64,000 nucleotides of DNA from Candidatus Kapaibacterium sp. (GTDB taxonomy: Bacteria > Bacteroidota > Ignavibacteria > Palsa-1295), in NCBI GenBank assembly GCA_046590205.1, contig JBKJTT010000018.1:1328-65327 (forward strand). The letters run 5' to 3'. The notes under the pieces are model-generated. The model saw only the letters and a program-made list of their open reading frames with translations. It had not been told where the DNA came from and did no database searches. A program made the position numbers and the translations under genes. How positions within the stretch are numbered: the stretch's first letter is position 1; every line of letters begins with the position of its first letter. Shown here piece by piece: positions 36,172 through 46,085 of the stretch.

Positions 36172-39003
36172 TTATGGCAGGACGATACACTTCACGAGAG
36201 CTTTCCCCTCCATAGTCTCAAGTAATAAATAATAGCTTCCCGCAGTCTCTATCTCGAATCGATAATTATAATCACCTGCTTCGATAAACCTACCGTTCAT
36301 AAAGTTTTTTACTTTTCGACCAAGTACATCATATATTGATAATGATACTTTCCCTGCTTGGCGAATTGTGAAGGTTACTTCACTAATAGTATTAACCTGC
36401 ATCGGATTCGGAAAGCATTCAAAATGAATTGTATTTGAAACATCATTCGCAACTCCCAGAGCATTAGAATACTTGATGTTCTTTATAAACCAACCATCAT
36501 CGGATGAACTTGAAGTCTTCAGTCTGAACCGCGTCGTTGCATTCTGCCCAATTAGATGATTCATTGATACTGTTTCGCCACGAGGAGCAGATGTCAGAAT
36601 AGAACTTGTCCAGTTCGGGGAATATGTTTTATTATAGTATCGCAGTTCAGAGAAGTGAACGCCATTATCGGTTGATACTTCAACGACTGCACTATCACCC
36701 GTTGCAACCAAAGCAATATGATCGAACTCCAATGTCTTTGTACCATCACTAATAGTTACCGGAGGCAACGTAAACCATGAATCAACTCCCTGCTTATAAT
36801 TGACGCCCGGCAATGAATCATTCATATAACGTGATGATAACTGACCATTATACGAAGTTGTATCCCATGCGAATGGTGTGAATGTCGTCTTTGAATCTTG
36901 AAATGATTCGGAGTATGACTCAAGATGAATACCTGCATAGAGCCAAACAGGTCGAGAGTATTTTGAATCTATTAACTGTCCTGATTCAGTACGGATCTGA
37001 CATGTTGCCTCGAAACGACTGAACGAACCGACTGTCCTTGTAAAGAATTTCTCAAACTCCAATCCTTTGTGCCCGTCATTTGTATTGATACTGTCAACAA
37101 GAATACCATCAATGAAGAAATATATTTTTTGCAGCCCATTAATGTCTGTCCCTGCTTCGCTTTTCGATGGCACTCTGAAGGTCACAGAGAAACCATCAGT
37201 CAATGCAGAAGAAGAATGTATATCTGGCGGCAGACTTGTTACAGATGCTTTGGGAGAGAACGATACAACTCTTCGCAAGCTTGTATCGCCTGATACTGCT
37301 TGCAAACTGTAGGTATAAGTTGTATTCGAAGCAACTGTTGAATCAATATACTGTCTTATATCTTTGCCGAGAATCGTGTTGAATCCACCATCACTGCGAG
37401 TCAGAAGAAAATGATAATCAGTCAGTTGTCTTCCAAAAGCGGTTTTGCCATTGTACTCCCATGAAAGAATCGGAAGATTGCTCACATTTTCAGTAACTAC
37501 AAAGTTCTTTATAACAGCTGGAGCATAGGGTCGAACAATTGCAGTATAAATATCCTGGTCGTACCCTGAGCGTGAATCAGTCCAGACGGGATACCAAATG
37601 CTATCATTGCCTGCTATACCATTGTAGTCGCCGAAAAATGAAAGTGTATCGCCACCGGCAAGCGAATCGGTACTGCCTGCAACGGATGGATTAAATGAGA
37701 CATCTGAAATTCTTGCAACAGCGAACGTCGCACCGCCGTCATTCGAATGCGCCATAAATGCATCGGTCAGTTGATTGGCAGGAGCATCCATTCTGCTGTC
37801 ATAAAATACTACTCCGACATCACCGGTCTCATCAACTGCTACCCACGGAAAGAATTTATCCGTTGCGCTTGGTGAATTATCGCCTTCGATTGGCTTTGGT
37901 AGTGACCACGAGTTTCCTTTGTCATCACTTGATGATAATAATATATGATGTCTCCCATCACTTCCCTTACTTGCCCAAACGATATATATCCTGCCCGAAT
38001 GCTTCGGTGAATTATCTACTGCAATTGACGGGAAGCTATTGACACGAAGATGTCCCTTGATTATCGGATGCGGATCAGTTGATGATGGCGGATACGGTCT
38101 GCCAAGATTTGAATACTTTCCGACAACTTTCCGATTTGCTGTTGTATTACCTCCGTCAGCGGAACGAGCGAAGTAGATATTGGTATCAAGGTTATCAAGA
38201 TTGAGGTACGTAATATAAAGATCACCCCCGGGGCCAGTAGCAGGTATTGGTGATTGAAAACGGCTTTGTCCAACAACATCTTTTTTTGCGGACCATGAGA
38301 CTCCATTATCCGATGAATAGGACATTTTAATGCTCGATAACCCTGCGCTATATTCAGCCCACGTAACGTACAGTCTGTTCTTAAACGAACTTGTTGGGCT
38401 TTTATCTATCGCAAGATAATACTTATCTGCAAGAACCTGTGCGTTGTTTGGTTGTGATGTGTCAGAGGTTACGATTGATGGATTTCCAAAGTCATTGCCT
38501 CCGTCAGTTGACTTGTAGGCAGCAACATCATTGCGAGGATATGGGAAACCATCATTATCAATTCTGCCATATGTATAAAAAGCATCGCCGCCTGTATTGA
38601 AGGCAACAGCAGGGTCGGTTGCAACGGCGAGGTTCGTTGCAGGGTTGAGCGATGCGGCAGACCAGTTCAAACCGCCATCGGTCGAGAGAAACTTCCAGAG
38701 CGCATTGAACGAGCGGTAATCATTGGCACCAACTAAAATGCGTTTCGGGTCGGTTGGCGAAATTGCAACGGATGTTTCATTCTGATCTGCGGCAAATGCT
38801 TCAGAGATGTTGATGTTGGGATATTCGCCGAATACAGATGGAGGGAGTTGCTGTTGTCGTGACTGACTTATTCGCTTAATAAGTCCCATTGGTCGCCTGG
38901 CTTTCGCACCTTTTTTACCCGATTTCAAAAACACACATGACTCCTGCGCCATAACCGCAGTAAAGAGTAGGAGGAAAGCGAATATGAAGAATGACCTCAT
39001 CAC
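36172..39003 (-). CDS. Secreted BNR/Asp-box (sialidase-like beta-propeller) protein with T9SS C-terminal sorting domain
   Basis: 943-aa ORF with a signal peptide. It has multiple SxDxGxxW/F boxes (STDGGLNWS, SSDNGVSWS, SSDDKGNSWS, SNDGGATF, STDNGVHFS). The C-terminus reads FECFPNPMQVNTISEVTF...LLLETMEGK. Confidence 0.65.
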   Translation of the reverse strand: MMRSFFIFAFLLLFTAVMAQESCVFLKSGKKGAKARRPMGLIKRISQSRQQQLPPSVFGEYPNINISEAFAADQNETSVAISPTDPKRILVGANDYRSFNALWKFLSTDGGLNWSAASLNPATNLAVATDPAVAFNTGGDAFYTYGRIDNDGFPYPRNDVAAYKSTDGGNDFGNPSIVTSDTSQPNNAQVLADKYYLAIDKSPTSSFKNRLYVTWAEYSAGLSSIKMSYSSDNGVSWSAKKDVVGQSRFQSPIPATGPGGDLYITYLNLDNLDTNIYFARSADGGNTTANRKVVGKYSNLGRPYPPSSTDPHPIIKGHLRVNSFPSIAVDNSPKHSGRIYIVWASKGSDGRHHILLSSSDDKGNSWSLPKPIEGDNSPSATDKFFPWVAVDETGDVGVVFYDSRMDAPANQLTDAFMAHSNDGGATFAVARISDVSFNPSVAGSTDSLAGGDTLSFFGDYNGIAGNDSIWYPVWTDSRSGYDQDIYTAIVRPYAPAVIKNFVVTENVSNLPILSWEYNGKTAFGRQLTDYHFLLTRSDGGFNTILGKDIRQYIDSTVASNTTYTYSLQAVSGDTSLRRVVSFSPKASVTSLPPDIHSSSALTDGFSVTFRVPSKSEAGTDINGLQKIYFFIDGILVDSINTNDGHKGLEFEKFFTRTVGSFSRFEATCQIRTESGQLIDSKYSRPVWLYAGIHLESYSESFQDSKTTFTPFAWDTTSYNGQLSSRYMNDSLPGVNYKQGVDSWFTLPPVTISDGTKTLEFDHIALVATGDSAVVEVSTDNGVHFSELRYYNKTYSPNWTSSILTSAPRGETVSMNHLIGQNATTRFRLKTSSSSDDGWFIKNIKYSNALGVANDVSNTIHFECFPNPMQVNTISEVTFTIRQAGKVSLSIYDVLGRKVKNFMNGRFIEAGDYNYRFEIETAGSYYLLLETMEGKALVKCIVLP

Positions 39004-39049
39004 ATTCTATAACACACATTGGGGAGAATCTTCCCACAGAAAATAAAAA

Positions 39050-39081
39050 GGGCTTATTCTCTACCTAAAGAGAATAAGCCC
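39050..39081 (-). terminator. rpsT terminator
   Basis: GGGCTTATTCTCT-ACCTAA-AGAGAATAAGCCC, with a U-run on the minus strand after the stem. Confidence 0.7.
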
Positions 39082-39103
39082 TAAAAGCTACCGACAAAGA
39101 ACC

Positions 39104-39349
39104 TTATGCGGTCTTTGCTTTGATTACTGCCTTGGCAAGTTTTGACTTCTTGTTAGCAGCAAAGTTCTTGGGGACGATCCCCTTACGGGCGAGCTTATCG
39201 AGCTTGCTCTGGACTGCCTTTAAGCCATCCTCTTTCTTGGGATCGAAATCCTTCAAAAGTTTACGCATCTCGATCTTCATCCCTTTGTTGGCGACGCGGC
39301 GTTTTTCCGAAAGTCTGACGCGGCGCACTGCTCCTTTGTGTTGAGGCAT
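39104..39349 (-). CDS. rpsT: 30S ribosomal protein S20
   Basis: 81-aa basic ORF beginning MPQHKGAVRRVRLSEKRRVANKGMK. Confidence 0.9.
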   Translation of the reverse strand: MPQHKGAVRRVRLSEKRRVANKGMKIEMRKLLKDFDPKKEDGLKAVQSKLDKLARKGIVPKNFAANKKSKLAKAVIKAKTA

Positions 39350-39408
39350 AATTCGTTGTTTTTCTTTCTATTTTGGGACGCATAAAACCCCGTAAACCCC
39401 CTAAGAGT

Positions 39409-40068
39409 TCAACTTTTCCACATTTGGCGAATATGCGTCACATCCAAAGTCTTCCCGATGTTACTATGATCCTGAAAAGCCACTACAAATGCCTTTGTAA
39501 GTGCCTCCAGACGGATATTTTGTGCCAAGCGTATCTTCATGCCAAAATGACCTGGTAGATGCCCTAACGCCCAAAGAATCGGTGTAAGTAGGACGGGCCA
39601 TTCCTGCCCGGGACCGAGAATGAACGAAGGACGAAAAATAGTCCAATCTAAACCTGATTCTTTGGTAAGTTTTTCGACCTTTCGTTTACACCTGACATAA
39701 AAGCTGTTTCCGATATCAGCAGCAGTCAGAATGAGAATTCGTCGAGTTGAACTTCGCTTAATGGCTTCAATACTTGCGATAGCCGAGCCGACATCAACAT
39801 CCTCATAGTTCTTCCCTGTCGTTCGGGCTTCTTTCAGGCGTATACCCACAAGATGAACCAGCGCATCTGATCCTTCAAGTAGTAGTGAAACATCCTCAAT
39901 GTTGCATGGGTCTCCGATGATACATACGAGGTTTTGATGGTGTGGTAGTTTTGCTTTTGATGACTCGTTTCTGACTAATGCTTTCACATTATACCCGCTA
40001 TGCAAAAACTCGGCAACGACTGCTCGCCCAACAAAACCTGTCCCACCTGTGATAGCTATTGTTTTCAT
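39409..40068 (-). CDS. NAD(P)-binding Rossmann protein (epimerase/NmrA/NDUFA9-like)
   Basis: Contains MKTIAITGGTGFVGRAVV. The start is placed at the internal ATG 40068. Confidence 0.7.
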   Translation of the reverse strand: MKTIAITGGTGFVGRAVVAEFLHSGYNVKALVRNESSKAKLPHHQNLVCIIGDPCNIEDVSLLLEGSDALVHLVGIRLKEARTTGKNYEDVDVGSAIASIEAIKRSSTRRILILTAADIGNSFYVRCKRKVEKLTKESGLDWTIFRPSFILGPGQEWPVLLTPILWALGHLPGHFGMKIRLAQNIRLEALTKAFVVAFQDHSNIGKTLDVTHIRQMWKS

Positions 40069-40124
40069 TGCTCTATATTTCATCGCAATATACAACACTA
40101 CTACAGATATAGATGTAAAAGAAA

Positions 40125-40151
40125 AATGCCTCGCCGAAGTAGCGAGGCATT
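40125..40151 (-). terminator. Terminator of the ECF sigma operon
   Basis: AATGCCTCGC-CGAAGTA-GCGAGGCATT, with a U-rich tail on the minus strand. Confidence 0.65.
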
Positions 40152-40167
40152 CATCTCAAGTTCTTAG

Positions 40168-40716
40168 TTATCTCTGTGGACGCGGCGGTGGTGGGTTATC
40201 GCGCTTTCTCTTATTCTTCTCACGGCGATTGCGGAGTTCTTCGCGGACACGTCTGTTAAATTCTTTCTCAAAGACAAATAGACGAGCACGCTGACGCGGA
40301 TTCAAGATGGGCTTAAGTGACTCATTGAGCTTTTGCACTTTACCCTCGATCTTATCATTGATATCTTGAATGTTGTTAAGAGTCGGGTCAACATCACCGT
40401 CAGTAAGTTCACCTTGCGTAAGTTTCAAGAGTTTTATCTCTTGCTCTGTACGCTGCCGAATAAGCTCTGCAAGTTCTTTCTCTGCAGGAGTATATGTTGC
40501 AAAGAAATTCTTTGCCTGCTCATCATCAAGCGAAAGGACTTGACGAAGTTTATTATGCTTCTTTTCCATGATGCGCCCGATAAGACGTTCACGTATCTTG
40601 CCCTGTTCTTCAGGTGTCAAGAGCGGCTCATCCTCTTGTGCAAATGTTGGCGCAGCAAGCCCCAGCATCACAAGGGCAATGACCATATATGCTGCACTGG
40701 TTATTCTCGTTCTCAT
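40168..40716 (-). CDS. Periplasmic Spy/CpxP-like (LTxxQ) protein
   Basis: Signal peptide MRTRITSAAYMVIALVMLGLAAPTFAQ, LTPEEQ and LSLDDEQ motifs, and a basic C-terminus. The start is placed at the internal ATG 40716. Confidence 0.5.
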   Translation of the reverse strand: MRTRITSAAYMVIALVMLGLAAPTFAQEDEPLLTPEEQGKIRERLIGRIMEKKHNKLRQVLSLDDEQAKNFFATYTPAEKELAELIRQRTEQEIKLLKLTQGELTDGDVDPTLNNIQDINDKIEGKVQKLNESLKPILNPRQRARLFVFEKEFNRRVREELRNRREKNKRKRDNPPPPRPQR

Positions 40717-40720
40717 CGTA

Positions 40721-41362
40721 TTACCTTTCTGATTCAAATTCGTTGGTCTCAAGTATCTTGAGAACTGATTCAAGCTCATCTACCGACAACTTATCGTATG
40801 TTACCGGAGATTCAGGGTCGCCCACCGTCAACTCATCCATACTCTCGAAGTTCGATGAAGCATTGAGCATATCCTGCTGCGGCGATGATGCCGACACTAC
40901 ATCATTCGGCTTGATTGTCGGTGCCTTCGGCGATTCTACAAGCTTCGGCGGATTGGTATCCTGCATTGAACTATGATTCTGTTTTGTCTCCGGCTTCGTC
41001 TGCTTGACACTAATATCGTAAAGCGCTTCGTTGTCAATCGCTTTTGGTGATTCTGTTACTATTCTCGGCTGAACTACAGGGGTATCTACAATACTTTTCG
41101 GTTGGTTGAAGTAGAAGAATCCGGCAACAAGCAAAACGACAACTCCGAGCATTGCAGTAATTCGCATCGGTGAACTAACAGGGGATACGGTCTTCTTCCC
41201 AGCTACAATGACTTGCTCGGAAGCAATACGATTCATCAAACGCGACTGGAAGTCCGTGAAGTATGCGTCGCTTGGCATATCCGTATTGTAAGGTTCACCC
41301 ATCGCCCGAAGCTCTCGCTCCAAGGATTCAATGTTCTTTTCTATGTCGCTAGTTTCTTTCAT
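40721..41362 (-). CDS. Putative anti-sigma factor (single TM)
   Basis: 213-aa ORF immediately downstream of an ECF sigma gene, with one TM segment (ITAMLGVVVLLVAGFFYF). Confidence 0.45.
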   Translation of the reverse strand: MKETSDIEKNIESLERELRAMGEPYNTDMPSDAYFTDFQSRLMNRIASEQVIVAGKKTVSPVSSPMRITAMLGVVVLLVAGFFYFNQPKSIVDTPVVQPRIVTESPKAIDNEALYDISVKQTKPETKQNHSSMQDTNPPKLVESPKAPTIKPNDVVSASSPQQDMLNASSNFESMDELTVGDPESPVTYDKLSVDELESVLKILETNEFESER

Positions 41363-41367
41363 CGTTA

Positions 41368-41973
41368 TTATCCTGCATTTGCAAGAGCTGTAAGATCTAT
41401 TTTTCCTTGCTGCTGAACATATTCGCCGATCTTCTTTACGGCATGAAAGTAATTTGCTTTCAAACCTCCGACGCTCGTCCCGACTGCCTGTGCTATTTCT
41501 TCGTACGGCAGTTCATCATAGAACCGCAACAAAAAGACCTCTCGTTGTTTCGGCGGAAGCTGCTCTATCGCTTCTTCTATCAGGCGCGTCGTCTCTGTTT
41601 TTTCCATCCTTGAGTCGGGTGATAGTTCACTTGATACCAAACTGTCGCCGACATCATCAAGATTCACTGCATTACGTGTCTTCTTTTTTCGAGTCCGATG
41701 AATGACTGCATTCATCATTATTCTATAAAGCCACGTATAAAGTTTTGCTTCCCCTCGAAAACCGTCCAGCGCTTCGTACATCTTGACAAACGTCTCCTGC
41801 GCTATGTCGTCTGCTTCGTCATGGTTTCCGCCTGCCATTCGCCGCGCCGAGAGGTAGATCCGTTTCTGATAGCGTTCGACGAGCATCGTAAAGCTGACGT
41901 TCCGCTCGCCGTCTCGGAATCGGGCGGCAAGTTCTTCATCGGTCAAAAGCGTATATTCGTCGCGTAATGCCAT
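41368..41973 (-). CDS. ECF sigma factor (RpoE-like)
   Basis: 201-aa ORF. Region 2 is DIAQETFVKMYEAL; region 4 is LPPKQREVFLLRFYDELPYEEIAQAVGTSVGGLKANYFHAVKKI. Confidence 0.85.
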   Translation of the reverse strand: MALRDEYTLLTDEELAARFRDGERNVSFTMLVERYQKRIYLSARRMAGGNHDEADDIAQETFVKMYEALDGFRGEAKLYTWLYRIMMNAVIHRTRKKKTRNAVNLDDVGDSLVSSELSPDSRMEKTETTRLIEEAIEQLPPKQREVFLLRFYDELPYEEIAQAVGTSVGGLKANYFHAVKKIGEYVQQQGKIDLTALANAG

Positions 41974-42107
41974 CGGGGGTCAGAGTCTGATCCTTAAAAA
42001 TATCCCAAAAATAAGCATTTTTCGGCATTTCCGGTCTCGTTACTCATAATTAGAGCAGATTGTGAGTAGAAGGTTTAATCGGAATCTAAGAAATATCGTG
42101 ACAGTCG

Positions 42108-43052
42108 CTAATTCTCTTCTTCCTGCTCAAGCTCGGCATCAGGACCTAAAAGAATGGTATGGAATCGGTCGAATGCTGACTTCGCCGGTTGGTCGTTCTT
42201 TTCCTCGAAGTATATCGTCAGGTTACGCAGCATACGCAGGAGGATATTGCGCGGACTTGACGGCATGATAAATGACTCGTAGTACGGTACGCCCGATGTA
42301 TAGAGAAAACGCCTAATATCTTCGCGGCGAAGGATGATGCCGTTATTAAAGACATCAACAAAAAGCGGTTCGGTGCGGACACCATCATAACGAACAAGGA
42401 AATGTCCCGGCGTACTTGCACCGGAGAACGGCAGACCAAGGCGCTTTGCCGCAACAAGAAGATAGATCGTCGCAAGTGAGATAGGAATGCCAAGCCGACG
42501 GTCAATGACCTGATTGATGTAGCTGTTATCGGCTTCAAAGAAATACTGATGGTTGCCTTTGAACTTCTTCTCCTTAAAGAAGAACTCGTTGGTGGCGAGC
42601 AAAATATCAACGGGCGAGTGAATACCTGCGATGCGGTCATGCAGCATTCCGGCAAGCGCATCAAGTTCGGCGCGGTAATGCTCTTCATCGAGGCAGGGGT
42701 AGCCGTAACGGGCTATCAGGAATGCGCCGTCTTCGAGTCCGCCGCGTGAACCTTCGTCAAGACGCAGACGCAATGCTTCAAACTCTTTTGCTAATCCTTC
42801 TTCGTTAAGGTCGCGGATAATGCCTGTGGCGCGGCGAATGGCAAGCCCGTCACCTGTTGAACCGAGAAAATTCGTCAGCGGCTCAATGACGAAATTCCCC
42901 TTCGCACGCAAACGTGCTTCAACGACATTCGCAACGCGAGAGTCGGGGTCGTCAAGTAAGGAAATAAGCGAGCGCAGTTCGTTGTCCGCCATACCCGCGA
43001 TGAGAGCATCTGAATTCATATCGCTTCGCGGCAGCCGTTCCGACCGCCGCAT
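42108..43052 (-). CDS. Transglutaminase-like / SirB1-family protein
   Basis: 314-aa ORF. The call rests on overall resemblance (GIPISLATIYLLVAAKRLGLPFSGASTPGHFLVRY), which is only a moderately specific motif. Confidence 0.45.
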   Translation of the reverse strand: MRRSERLPRSDMNSDALIAGMADNELRSLISLLDDPDSRVANVVEARLRAKGNFVIEPLTNFLGSTGDGLAIRRATGIIRDLNEEGLAKEFEALRLRLDEGSRGGLEDGAFLIARYGYPCLDEEHYRAELDALAGMLHDRIAGIHSPVDILLATNEFFFKEKKFKGNHQYFFEADNSYINQVIDRRLGIPISLATIYLLVAAKRLGLPFSGASTPGHFLVRYDGVRTEPLFVDVFNNGIILRREDIRRFLYTSGVPYYESFIMPSSPRNILLRMLRNLTIYFEEKNDQPAKSAFDRFHTILLGPDAELEQEEEN

Positions 43053-43094
43053 AGTGCAACGCGAGTGGAAATACTTTTATTCCCCTCGGGGTCT

Positions 43095-44063
43095 TTATCT
43101 GGATTCTGAACGCATGAAACTCTCTTCGCCTTCGTCGAGGCGTTCGAGTTCTGTCTTGAGGAATTCGAATGCTTCCTGTGGGGAATCGGAGAAGTGGATG
43201 AGATCCATGTCCTCTTTATCAATGACGCCGAGTTCGGAGAACATATCCCAGTTGATAAGTTTTTTCCAGAATGCAGTGCCATAGACCACGATGGGCATCT
43301 TCTTCTTTATTTTGCCTGTCTGGATAAGGGTCAGTACTTCGAACAATTCATCGATCGTACCAAAACCACCGGGGAAAATAACAAGTGCTTTACCAAGATA
43401 CGAAAACCAGAACTTACGCATGAAGAAGTAATGGAATTCAAAGTTCAGCTCATCGGAGATGTAGCTGTTTGGCATTTGTTCATACGGCAGAGAGATATTA
43501 AAACCGATAGAACGTCCGCCGGCAAGCATGGCGCCTTTGTTGGCTGCTTCCATAATTCCAGGACCTCCTCCGGAGCAGATGACGTAGCGTTGTTTGTAAT
43601 CATGAGTCTTCACGGCTTCAGCGCTGACAAAGGGAATACGCTCGGCGGTCTGTGAATTCTTTTTTCCGCGCTTTTCATGATCGCGGGCAGCAACATGGAC
43701 AGACCACTCGGTCAAGAGCCGCGCAAGCTCGACAGCGTCTTCGTAGTAGTCAGAAAGCATGAGCCGGGTATCAGCAAGTTTATGCGATTCTGCAAGCTGT
43801 TTCAAGATAAGCTCACTGCCCGAACCGCTGCGCTCGATTACTTCTTCGCTGTGAGTGACTTGCATCTTCTTTGCATTTGCCTCTTCGCGGCTATAGATTC
43901 GGGCAGAGCCGAAGAAGACGATGGTATCCTTCACTCGCTCCCTTTGGAGCCGAGCACGAGGCTCCATGTACTCCGACATGAGCCGAAGTATCCTCGCTTC
44001 AGGACTCTTTAAGAACTCTTCATTGAAATATGCTTTATCGGCTCTGTTTTTTACTGCTGACAT
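43095..44063 (-). CDS. LOG-family (TIGR00730) Rossmann-fold nucleotide-binding protein
   Basis: Contains GGGPGIMEAANKGA and PGGFGTIDELFE motifs. At 322 aa it has an N-terminal extension. Confidence 0.75.
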   Translation of the reverse strand: MSAVKNRADKAYFNEEFLKSPEARILRLMSEYMEPRARLQRERVKDTIVFFGSARIYSREEANAKKMQVTHSEEVIERSGSGSELILKQLAESHKLADTRLMLSDYYEDAVELARLLTEWSVHVAARDHEKRGKKNSQTAERIPFVSAEAVKTHDYKQRYVICSGGGPGIMEAANKGAMLAGGRSIGFNISLPYEQMPNSYISDELNFEFHYFFMRKFWFSYLGKALVIFPGGFGTIDELFEVLTLIQTGKIKKKMPIVVYGTAFWKKLINWDMFSELGVIDKEDMDLIHFSDSPQEAFEFLKTELERLDEGEESFMRSESR

Positions 44064-44146
44064 ATAGTTGTTCTTTCTCTATATAACAAAGAAGCGATTT
44101 CCAGAATAATTCAGCATAAATGAATCTGATTCACCTTAACCCACAA

Positions 44147-44170
44147 AAAAAGGGGCAAAATGCCCCTTTT
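44147..44170 (-). terminator. rpoZ terminator
   Basis: AAAAGGGGCA-AAA-TGCCCCTTTT, with a U-run on the minus strand. Confidence 0.7.
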
Positions 44171-44192
44171 CAAAGTCTGTTATTGCAACGGA

Positions 44193-44495
44193 TTACTCCG
44201 GTGCCTTATCACGCATACGGAAGGTAAGTTCGTCATTCATGAACTCACGGAGGGCTTCGGCGGTGGGTTTGCCGCGCTTTTCAAGCTCGAGCGAGATACG
44301 CATTTGATCGAAATTCGTCGTCTCGAATTCATCATCATCCTCTTCCATCGGAACAAGGGTTGACTTGCGGGACTCGAATTCCTGCATAATATCCTGATTT
44401 ATCTGGCGGGCACGTTTGGCTGTTATAGCTATTGCCTGATAAAGGGTCTCGCCCTTTTCTACCATCAGCTCGATATCCGTCGGTTGAATTGCCAT
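44193..44495 (-). CDS. rpoZ: RNA polymerase omega subunit
   Basis: 100-aa ORF with LYQAIAITAKRARQI. Confidence 0.85.
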   Translation of the reverse strand: MAIQPTDIELMVEKGETLYQAIAITAKRARQINQDIMQEFESRKSTLVPMEEDDDEFETTNFDQMRISLELEKRGKPTAEALREFMNDELTFRMRDKAPE

Positions 44496-44590
44496 TGTTG
44501 ATTTTTGATTAGCGAGTTATAAACAAAATAGCTGAAATAGAGTTTCATTACCTCATTTGTCCGAATAATCGTTATATTTGCTTACTTCTG

Positions 44591-46000
44591 ATGACGACAG
44601 CACAAACATTTTCTCATATTCTGCCCCCTGAACGGATACTTTCATCTGTTCCTGATAGGCTCGTCTATAATGCAGATGGTGTGACGCTGGAGAAGTTTAC
44701 TCCTTCGCAAGTGCTCCTTCCTATTTCTACAAAAGAAGTATCACTGATAGTAACTCATTGTAAAGAAAATGGTATCTCATACGTGACTCGCGGTGCAGGT
44801 ACTGGACTATCAGGCGGGGCATTAGCATGTAACGATGCAATAATGATCGTCACTTCAAAACTAACCATAATTAATGAGATCAATCAAGCAGAGGGATGGG
44901 CAATAGTTGAAACTGGTGTTGTCAATGCGAAGCTCTCGAAAGAATCATCGAAGTACGGATTTCATTTTGCACCTGATCCTTCAAGCGGTAATGCCTCGAC
45001 CATCGGCGGCAACATTGCAGAGAATGCCGGCGGACCGCACTGCTTAAAGTATGGAGCTACAGCAGAACATGTTCTTGGCATTGAAGTAGTACTTACAGAT
45101 GGCTCTGTCGTTTGGCTTGATAGTAGTGATAGTACTGCACCACTTCTATCCCTATTCATGGGAAGTGAAGGTACTCTTGGTATAATTACAAAAGCTAAGG
45201 TAAAGCTTACCCCAATTGCAGAAGCCGTTACAACTCAGCTTGTTGACTTCCCATCAGTTCGAGACGCATCGCAATGTGTTAGTTCTATCATTGCAGGAGG
45301 TATCATTCCTGCTGCGATGGAAATGATAGATGCGGAAGTACTCGATGCACTCGAGGAAGCATTCAAGCTCGGTTTCCCGACTGATGCAGGGGCGCTGCTT
45401 CTGATAGAAGTTGACGGAAGAAAAGCATCTCTTCAGAGAATTACCGACAGTATCATTTCAATAGCGAAGACACATTATGCCCGCTCTGTAAGAACTGCGA
45501 AAGATGATGCCGAACGAATGTAGCTATGGCAGGCACGCAAAAAAGCATTCGGCGCACTAGGGAGAGTAAGCCCAAGCTATTATACGCAAGACGGTGTGAT
45601 ACCGCGATACGCATTACCCGAAGTACTTGAAGAAATATCACGCATCGGAAAGAAGTACGAGCTTCGCATTGCAAATATCTTTCATGCAGGCGATGGCAAC
45701 CTTCATCCCGCGATTCTTTATGATGAAAAAAGTAAAGACAGCATCCATAGATGTCTTGAAGCAAGCAAGGAGATATTACAACTGTGCATCAGGTATAACG
45801 GCTCAATAACCGGTGAACATGGTGTAGGTATTGAGAAAAAGGAAGCACTTGGATGGATGTTTTCAGATGCTGACTTGGAAATGATGAAGCGAGTAAGAGA
45901 TGTATTCAACCCACTTGGGTCGCTTAACCCCGGGAAATTCCTCCCGACAGATCACCCTTGCATGGAAACAGGGGTTAAGCATCGGCAGGTAGCTGTATAG
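44591..46000 (+). pseudogene. glcD: FAD-linked oxidase (GlcD-like) interrupted by one in-frame TAG at 45521-45523
   Basis: Track ORFs 44591-45523 and 45596-46000 are in the same frame. Reading through the TAG gives ...[34 protein letters not shown]...HAGDGNLHP...GEHGVGIEKK...NPGK, collinear with GlcD. Confidence 0.8.
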
Positions 46001-46085
46001 AAAAATGCCCTCATCTGTTTGAACTCCCTTCGCTCCATTTATGTAGTTAGATACGTTGAATAAAAAAGACCTATTGCTTTTTCAG

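Noticed and set aside
43095-44063. LOG-family (SLOG-superfamily) gene as a possible ThsA-like partner for the TIR array
   Set aside because: It lies about 10 kb away, separated from the array by unrelated operons. It carries canonical LOG motifs (GGGPGIMEA, PGGFGTIDE) and sits among housekeeping genes.
45596-46000. Treating the 134-aa ORF as an independent gene
   Set aside because: It is in frame with 44591-45523. The conserved GlcD sequence ([24 protein letters not shown]) continues directly after the TAG, upstream of the proposed GTG start. I therefore call a single interrupted gene.
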